Shown in pieces: positions 58,085 through 64,000 of a stretch of DNA of 64,000 nt. The stretch comes from Thermoproteus sp. GTDB taxonomy: Archaea > Thermoproteota > Thermoprotei > Thermoproteales > Thermoproteaceae. Below the pieces are notes generated by a model that had not been told where the DNA came from, made no database searches, and worked only from the letters and a program-made list of their open reading frames with translations. The stretch lies in NCBI GenBank assembly GCA_049976425.1, contig JBMFIG010000001.1:128001-192000 (forward strand). The letters are read 5' to 3'. Made by a program: the position numbers and the translations under genes. The stretch's first letter is position 1; each line of letters starts with the position of its first letter.

Positions 58085-58107
58085 TATTACATGAAAAACA
58101 TGTAATA
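58085..58107. promoter_or_regulatory. Palindromic operator candidate TATTACATG-N5-CATGTAATA between divergent tusA and dsrE promoters
   Basis: Perfect 9-bp inverted repeat flanked by TATA-like boxes at about 58073-58080 (minus) and 58112-58118 (plus). Confidence 0.7.
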
Positions 58108-58138
58108 GCACATATATAGACTTAGGGAGACGGCAACC

Positions 58139-58546
58139 ATGCCGGAGAAGATATCGATGATTGTGTTCTCGGGGACCGACGACAAGCTGATACCCGTCGG
58201 CGTCATATCGCAAGCCGCGGCGGCTCTGGGATACGAGGTACATGTGTTCTTCACGGGATGGGCCATGTTCAAGTTGCTGAAGGAGCCGGCGCCCGAGATA
58301 TGGCCTAAGGAGTTCGAGGCCATGGTGCCGAGGCTCAAGGAAGGCATGGCGAGGATAAAGGCGCCGACTTGGAAAGACATGCTCAAGCAGGCGAAGCAGA
58401 TGGGGGCTAAGGTCTACGTGTGCTCCATGATGGCTGAAGCCGCCGGCCTAAAGAAGGAGCACTTCGACCCGACCTTGGTAGACGACGTGGTGGGCGTCAC
58501 TACGTTCCTCGAAAATGCCAAAGGAGGCCAAGTACTGTTTATATAA
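58139..58546 (+). CDS. DsrE/DsrF/DrsH-like (DsrE2-type) sulfurtransferase
   Basis: FSGTDDK, VFFTGW, VYVCSM, VGVTTFL, LFI end. Confidence 0.9.
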   Translation: MPEKISMIVFSGTDDKLIPVGVISQAAAALGYEVHVFFTGWAMFKLLKEPAPEIWPKEFEAMVPRLKEGMARIKAPTWKDMLKQAKQMGAKVYVCSMMAEAAGLKKEHFDPTLVDDVVGVTTFLENAKGGQVLFI

Positions 58547-58572
58547 TTAGATTTACAATTTTTCTTTTTAAA

Positions 58573-59619
58573 TTACGGACCGCCCACTATACCTGCCACT
58601 TTCGGATATGGACGGGCTTCCCAGACGGCTCTCAGCCCGCAGAGATATCTCGTCAGTCTCTCTACGCCGATCCCGAACCCAGCAGTCTGCAGAGGATAGA
58701 GCTCCTTGGCCATCTGGAGGAACCACTGGTACTTAGCGGGGTCCTCGCCCGATTCCCTAATCCTCGCGACGAGCCTTTCGGGCTCGTACTCTCGTTCCGC
58801 ACCGCTTATGGCCTCCCCGAATCCTTCGGGGTACAGCATGTCGAAGTCTCTCAGTATGCCGCGCCTCTCGGGGTCCTCTCTGTCGTAGAAGCCCCTGGCG
58901 CCTCTCGGGTAATCGTAGACGAAGAACGGCGAATCGTGGTGGGCCGACATGACCTTCTCGCATTCCCACATGAGCTCCTCCTTGGGCGGGTTCCTACAGC
59001 CGAGCTTGTTCACGAACTCCACGGCCTCCCTGTGTTGATACCGCTTGAACGGCCTCTGGAATTCGCGGAGCTGTCTCCCCAACGCCTCCAGCTCCTTCCC
59101 GTGCACGTCCTTTATGTACTTAACGACATAGGTGACCAGCTCCTCGGCCACATCCATGGCGTCAATGTACGATGCCTTGTACATCTCTATATCGACTTGG
59201 TAGAACTCGACCAAGTGCCTCCCCGTGTATATGCTGTCGTTGGGCTCCAGCCTTATGTTGGGGCTGACGAAATATATCTTGCCCAGAGACGCCGCCATGT
59301 ACTGCTTGTAGAGTATAGCGGACGACATGACCTTGTACTCGGCTCCGTAGAAGTCTATCGTGGCTTGTTTGGCCCCTCTTATACCCGGATCGGTCACTGG
59401 GCCCACGATCGGCGAAAGGACCTCGACGAAGCCCTTGGAGTCGAGGAATTCCCTTATCGCCCTCAATGCAGAGGCCTGGACCTTAAACACGAGCTTGTAC
59501 TTGTCGGTGACGGCCCATCGCCACGAATACTTTACCCACTCCTCCAGCTGTTTCCTGTACCGTTCCTTATCAGCCACCATCTTCTCGAACTCAAGGACAG
59601 CCGGGTGAAGGTAGGGCAT
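58573..59619 (-). CDS. asnA: Archaeal asparagine synthetase A (AspRS/AsnRS catalytic-core paralog)
   Basis: No anticodon-binding domain; SPNIRLE, RHLVEFYQVDIE, GEAISGAERE, GFGIGVERL. Confidence 0.88.
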   Translation of the reverse strand: MPYLHPAVLEFEKMVADKERYRKQLEEWVKYSWRWAVTDKYKLVFKVQASALRAIREFLDSKGFVEVLSPIVGPVTDPGIRGAKQATIDFYGAEYKVMSSAILYKQYMAASLGKIYFVSPNIRLEPNDSIYTGRHLVEFYQVDIEMYKASYIDAMDVAEELVTYVVKYIKDVHGKELEALGRQLREFQRPFKRYQHREAVEFVNKLGCRNPPKEELMWECEKVMSAHHDSPFFVYDYPRGARGFYDREDPERRGILRDFDMLYPEGFGEAISGAEREYEPERLVARIRESGEDPAKYQWFLQMAKELYPLQTAGFGIGVERLTRYLCGLRAVWEARPYPKVAGIVGGP

Positions 59620-59919
59620 GGCCGACGTTACGACGTCTCATTTAAAACATTACGAGAAAATATACATAAATTCGCCGATGATGGTGAAGCCTATATCTGG
59701 ATCGCTCCGGAATACGCGATACATATGACCAATTTATCCGTATATGCTCGGTAAATATTATTATCGACTTCAGTTTTACTATGGACGGTCGATAGACGGA
59801 AGAAGACGTATAAATTTCCTTAAATCACGGGATAGGCAACTTTGCATATTCAGTTAGAAGCCGATATAGGCCATATATTTTTCCGATGGTTTATTTAATA
59901 TCGTCCAATACGTCGACTG

Positions 59920-61272
59920 GTGTTGCCGGCTAGATTAGTGGTCATGTTGAAGGGCTTGACGTTTCTATTTAGGGGATACAGGGACTTCCTCGAGGGGTAT
60001 CCCATAGGCGAGATCTCCTTCAGGGCATTAAAGGGCAAAGATGCTGTATATCCCTTCGGCTTGATAGCGTCGTACGGCTCGGCGGTTTTAGGCTCCGGTA
60101 TCTACGATAAGGGTTGCCCCCGTTTCAAGACGCTCGACTCCGTCGTGTTGATGCCGCCGGCCTTCACGCCTAAGAGGCTCGAGAAGGTGGCCGAGCTTCT
60201 AAGGGAACCGAGCTTCATGGACGTCAAAACAGACGCCGACTTGGGAGGCTTCCGCTCTTCGTTGCCGGTGGTCGTGGGCTCCATGGGGTCCACCCACATA
60301 GCCAGCAAGACCGCTCTCGAGATAGCTCGAGCCGCCGCCAAGTTCGGCGTCGTTTACGGGATAGGCGAAAACGTGGCGACGGTTAGGGGATACTCGGAAA
60401 GGCTCACTAAGGGACATCCGTCGTTCAAGGAGAGGTTGCTCGCCTACTTGACCAACGTAGATAAGGCCGGCGGCGTGATCATCCAACAGAGCGTGGAGGA
60501 TGCATACGACGAGCTGTGGAACAAGGTCTACAGCGATAAGGACGTCGAGCCGTATCTGGAGGAGGGAAAGATCGGCTTCGAGATAAAGATAGGCCAGGGG
60601 GCCAAGCCGGGGCTAGGCGGCGTGATAAAGATACCGAGGAGCCAGGCGGAGAGGCTCAGAGCCAAATATAAATTCGACGAGGCCGAGCTGAGGAAGAAAT
60701 ATATAACTAGGTACTCCGTCCCCGGCACCTTCACCGCCGAGATCCTAGCCGGCACCATACGGTTTATGAAAACCGCGTATCCTAGGGCGAAGATATGGAT
60801 AAAGCTGGGGCCGTTTAGGGACGCGCTCGACGTGATCAGGATAGCCGCAGAGGAGGGAGCCGACGCCGTCGTGATAGACGGCAAGGAGGGCGGGACGGGC
60901 ATGGCCCCCACGGCGGCTATGAAGGATCTCGGCTATCCGACCCTGGTGGGGCTTAAGGCCATCAAGAAGGCGCGGGAGGAGGGCCACAAGATATCGTTGT
61001 TGATAGCCGGCAGGCTCTACGACGGAGGCCACGTGGTGAAGAGCCTCGCGCTGGGGGCCTCCGGGGTGTACATGGCGAGGCCCTTCCTCATAGCCGCGCT
61101 AGCCCGCGGCGAGAAGGGCGTGGGGAACTACCTGGAGTCCCTCAAGGTTGAGGTGCAGATGTTGGTGTCGGCTTTGGGCAAATACGACGTGCTCGACGTA
61201 GGTCCGGAAGACGTAGCCGCCCTGGATAAGGACGTCGCCGAGATGCTAGGCATACCGTATGTATACAGATAG
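59920..61272 (+). CDS. Stand-alone FMN-binding glutamate synthase-family protein
   Basis: SMGS, IGE, EIKIGQGAKPGLGG, IDGKEGGTG, KSLALGA. Confidence 0.88.
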   Translation: MLPARLVVMLKGLTFLFRGYRDFLEGYPIGEISFRALKGKDAVYPFGLIASYGSAVLGSGIYDKGCPRFKTLDSVVLMPPAFTPKRLEKVAELLREPSFMDVKTDADLGGFRSSLPVVVGSMGSTHIASKTALEIARAAAKFGVVYGIGENVATVRGYSERLTKGHPSFKERLLAYLTNVDKAGGVIIQQSVEDAYDELWNKVYSDKDVEPYLEEGKIGFEIKIGQGAKPGLGGVIKIPRSQAERLRAKYKFDEAELRKKYITRYSVPGTFTAEILAGTIRFMKTAYPRAKIWIKLGPFRDALDVIRIAAEEGADAVVIDGKEGGTGMAPTAAMKDLGYPTLVGLKAIKKAREEGHKISLLIAGRLYDGGHVVKSLALGASGVYMARPFLIAALARGEKGVGNYLESLKVEVQMLVSALGKYDVLDVGPEDVAALDKDVAEMLGIPYVYR

Positions 61273-61357
61273 CGACGTCAGACTTGCTAGGGCAGATCTG
61301 CGTAGCCGCACGCCTCGATACACACCGGCCTACTCTCCCGGAGATTGCGCGGCCGGC

Positions 61358-61651
61358 CTAGCCTAGCTTTTCCAGATTGTCTATAGCCTCGGCGTAGCCG
61401 CTACGCCTCAGCTCGTCTAGATCTCTCTTGTCGTACTTATGCACAACATCGCCTTTCTTCGGGTCGAAGTCCCAGACGGCGACCACGACGTAGTCGCCCG
61501 GTTTTAGCCAGAGCCTTTTCCTATATCGTCCGGGTATCCTCGTCACCCTCGTCTCGCCGTCTTGGCAGATAACCTTGACTCTGTTATCGCCAAGGAGCTC
61601 CAACACCTTGCACAGGATCTCCCCTTCGCCGGGCACTCTAAACTCCGACAC
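61358..61651 (-). CDS. eif1a: Translation initiation factor aIF-1A
   Basis: V.ELLG, C.DG.TR..RIPGR, W...GD.V.V..WDF...KGDV. Confidence 0.93.
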   Translation of the reverse strand: MSEFRVPGEGEILCKVLELLGDNRVKVICQDGETRVTRIPGRYRKRLWLKPGDYVVVAVWDFDPKKGDVVHKYDKRDLDELRRSGYAEAIDNLEKLG

Positions 61652-61678
61652 GACAAGGCCTAAGTGGCTTGCTTATAT

Positions 61679-62119
61679 CTATTGTTGTCTCGACGCCAGA
61701 CAAGACCCCAGCATCTTCACCATGGACACGATGTAGCCGAGCCCTCTCTGAACGTCGGGGTCTTGAAGGGCTTGGAGGAGGCCGTAGATGCCTATCGGCC
61801 TCGACGCGCCGGCGCCCGACATGGCTTTGGAAATACAGGCGATGCCCTCGGTGTTCGAGGCCGCTACAGATGCCGCCGACGCCAGCTCCATGAGCTTCGC
61901 GAACTTCTCGGCGAAGTCTCTGCTGGTTATTAAATCGGCTGAGAGGGCCTTAGCCGCCGCGATGCCGGCCGCCAGAAGCTCGAGCACGCCGGAGTTCCTC
62001 AACTCGGATAGGAAGATCACCAGGTCCTTGACGGCGTCTATATTCTCGAGGAGGACTGCCAGCGCCTCTTGTTTCTGCGGATCGGCGAGGGCCTTGAATA
62101 TCCGCTCCTCGGAGCTCAT
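61679..62119 (-). CDS. DUF1641-family protein (second copy)
   Basis: PIGIYGLLQALQDPDVQRGLG. Confidence 0.85.
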   Translation of the reverse strand: MSSEERIFKALADPQKQEALAVLLENIDAVKDLVIFLSELRNSGVLELLAAGIAAAKALSADLITSRDFAEKFAKLMELASAASVAASNTEGIACISKAMSGAGASRPIGIYGLLQALQDPDVQRGLGYIVSMVKMLGSCLASRQQ

Positions 62120-62180
62120 GGCATGGCGGGGAGGGCCACTATTTAAGTCCTCCCTACGGTTGGCGGCGAAATCGACGACG

Positions 62181-62516
62181 CTAGGAGCAACCCCCGGGTC
62201 TAGGGACTCCCGCCACTCTGCATAAGCCCTCGGCGGGGCCCGAAGGAAAGAGCCTATACAGATCCTCGAAGGTCATCCCGAGATCTCTGAGTAGTCTGCT
62301 CACCGGCGGGCACTCGCCGTGTTTCTCCCAGTAGGACCTGACGTATTCGACCGCGCGCCAGTGCTCCGCGGTCAGGCTTATGCCTTCTAGATTCTCGGCG
62401 ATCCATCTAGCCACCTCCCTATCCCAATTGGAGGGGTCCTCCAGATAGCAGTCCTCGTCAAGCTTCACGTCCTTGTCGGCGATCTTATACGTCCCTGGGC
62501 ACCGCACGTCGGTCAT
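62181..62516 (-). CDS. DsrC/TusE-family sulfur carrier
   Basis: LDEDCYL, W..EVA, LTAEHW, LY.LFP.GP, C-terminal C-X10-C. Confidence 0.9.
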   Translation of the reverse strand: MTDVRCPGTYKIADKDVKLDEDCYLEDPSNWDREVARWIAENLEGISLTAEHWRAVEYVRSYWEKHGECPPVSRLLRDLGMTFEDLYRLFPSGPAEGLCRVAGVPRPGGCS

Positions 62517-63076
62517 ATGTAGTCCCTCGCCGCTATGTCCTGTCCGCATTTCTGTAGGCACTCCTCACCTATTAATCCTATCAATGCCTCAAAGGCCCTC
62601 TTGAAGAACTTGTTGAGGACGGCCCTATTCCTCGCGTTGAGCTCCCCCGCCAGGTATCTCGTATATAGGACGTAGGCGGACATAACGGCGTCGTTGACCG
62701 GCGTGCCGGGCCTATAGTTCTTGAGAAATATATCGGCGAGCTCCAGAACCTCCTCGTCGGAGAAGTCCTTGAGATTCCACCGGTCGCGGAGCTTGTCGGC
62801 CGCCATCCGCGGGCTCAACGCCTCGTACGCCATCAGAGCCAAGATGCCCTTAGGCAATACGTAGTACAGTTTCCTGCCGTTTCCCGGCTCGCAGAAGTAC
62901 GCCACCAGCTCCTCCCGCTCGAAGCTCTCCAGCTTCTTGTAGACGTAGGAGAAGTGCATCTTGTTGTCTATGGCGACTTTATACGCCGTAGTGGGCTCGC
63001 TCGTGATTATGCCAAGCAATATCCTCAGCTCCTTCTCGTCCAACTTCACGTCCAGCCTTTCCAGGAGGGCGTTCAT
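62513..63076 (-). CDS. Winged-helix transcriptional regulator
   Basis: EPTTAYKVA...VYKKL..F....LV ... GRKLYYV..KG. Confidence 0.8.
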   Translation of the reverse strand: MNALLERLDVKLDEKELRILLGIITSEPTTAYKVAIDNKMHFSYVYKKLESFEREELVAYFCEPGNGRKLYYVLPKGILALMAYEALSPRMAADKLRDRWNLKDFSDEEVLELADIFLKNYRPGTPVNDAVMSAYVLYTRYLAGELNARNRAVLNKFFKRAFEALIGLIGEECLQKCGQDIAARDYI

Positions 63077-63501
63077 GCCTCCCTCGACAGGAAGTCGGCG
63101 AGCGCCTCGTACGACCTCCTGTACCTATCCACATCTATGTCGACGATCCAAGAACAACAGAGGCGGATGCCGGACCACTCGGCCATGTAGACCCTCTCGT
63201 CGTATATCCCCATCACCACGTATTTCCTCTCGTCCTCGTAGAGCTCCACGTAGGGAGGCTTCAAGGTCTTGAAGACGCTTTGTTGGATAGTCTGGGGGTG
63301 CGCGAAGGTCCTCAAGGCGTCCGCCAGGCCGCCTATATCTAGGCATCTGTATCCGCCCTCCAGCTCCAACACGGCGACGGATCCGCTGAGGAACAGCCCG
63401 TTGGCCAGCTCGAGATCTAGGGAATTCGGCGAGCAGACATAGCCTCTAGAGCCTACGAGTGCCTGGAGCCTGTCCAGCACGTGCTGGATGGACACAAACA
63501 C
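63073..63501 (-). CDS. Hypothetical protein
   Basis: ATGA overlap with the regulator; TTTTAAAA box upstream; LCCSW motif. Confidence 0.7.
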   Translation of the reverse strand: MFVSIQHVLDRLQALVGSRGYVCSPNSLDLELANGLFLSGSVAVLELEGGYRCLDIGGLADALRTFAHPQTIQQSVFKTLKPPYVELYEDERKYVVMGIYDERVYMAEWSGIRLCCSWIVDIDVDRYRRSYEALADFLSREA

Positions 63502-63545
63502 TTGCTCGACCTCGCACCTCTTTTAAAAGCGTCGCCCGGCGATCG

Positions 63546-64000
63546 TCAGGCAGGTGATGGCGGCGTCCTCCCCGACCTCCGCCTTCTGAGATATACGGCC
63601 GCGCCCACTATCACTATAAGCAAGGCGGCGGCGAGCGGCCCCACCTCCAGCAGATTTATCGAGGACCTAACGGATATGGGTATCTGGATCGTCTCCACGA
63701 CGGGCGCCAGGGCCCCCGTCTCGTTCCACTCGAGCACAAGGGTAGCGTAGTAGACCCCGTCGGGGACGTTGCTGGACACGTCTATTAGGTACGTCGTGGT
63801 GACGCTTTGGCCCGGATATATATCGCCGAGGAACCTCATGCTGGATTCTAGGAGATTGGCCGTAGGCGTCGCAGAGCTCGGCGTGTGTATCTGGAAGACC
63901 TGGTTGGGAGTCCACTGCAACGTGACCATCTTGGCCGGGACGGGACCCTTGTTGACCACGGTTATGGTCACCACGGCGGTAGATCCAGGCTGTGCGTTGG
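63546..64000 (-). CDS. C-terminal part of a COG1361-like S-layer/surface protein (5' end outside the window)
   Basis: TITVVNKG..PA, LGDIYPGQS, VPDGVY; TM helix plus RRRR tail. Confidence 0.8.
   Translation of the reverse strand, partial: NAQPGSTAVVTITVVNKGPVPAKMVTLQWTPNQVFQIHTPSSATPTANLLESSMRFLGDIYPGQSVTTTYLIDVSSNVPDGVYYATLVLEWNETGALAPVVETIQIPISVRSSINLLEVGPLAAALLIVIVGAAVYLRRRRSGRTPPSPA

Noticed and set aside
58573-59619. Truncated asparaginyl-tRNA synthetase pseudogene
   Set aside because: An intact ORF lacking only the anticodon domain matches the known archaeal asparagine synthetase A family
1-64000. CRISPR array, transposase/integrase, rRNA
   Set aside because: No regularly spaced repeats, DDE or tyrosine-recombinase motifs, or rRNA signatures were seen

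Overview
A densely coding, GC-rich archaeal chromosomal window. Gene content, leaderless TATA-proximal starts, a multi-intron tRNA, a PaREP1 gene and a permuted SRP RNA point to Thermoproteales, most likely Thermoproteus (inference). It carries about 70 CDS: housekeeping genes (ppdK, metG, uppS, dcd, ribC, folP, aIF-1A, malQ, ubiA/ubiD, tRNA-modification genes), a KaiC-like module, a sulfur-relay cluster with a frameshifted SQR, and several surface proteins. RNA genes are tRNA-Cys(GCA) with two non-canonical BHB introns, a circularly permuted SRP RNA with a terminal BHB-like motif, and an adjacent C/D-box sRNA candidate. The best candidate for an undescribed system is at 39960-42342: three winged-helix-like proteins (one with a PIP-box-like motif) followed by a small membrane protein translationally coupled to a ParA/MinD ATPase, in a lineage whose division and segregation machinery is unresolved. 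Other notable items are a GlmS homolog lacking its catalytic Cys1 opposite a sugar kinase, a perfect 9-5-9 palindrome in the tusA/dsrE divergon, and a surface-protein gene with alternating AT-rich and GC-rich blocks. All product calls come from motif recognition by eye; no database search was run.
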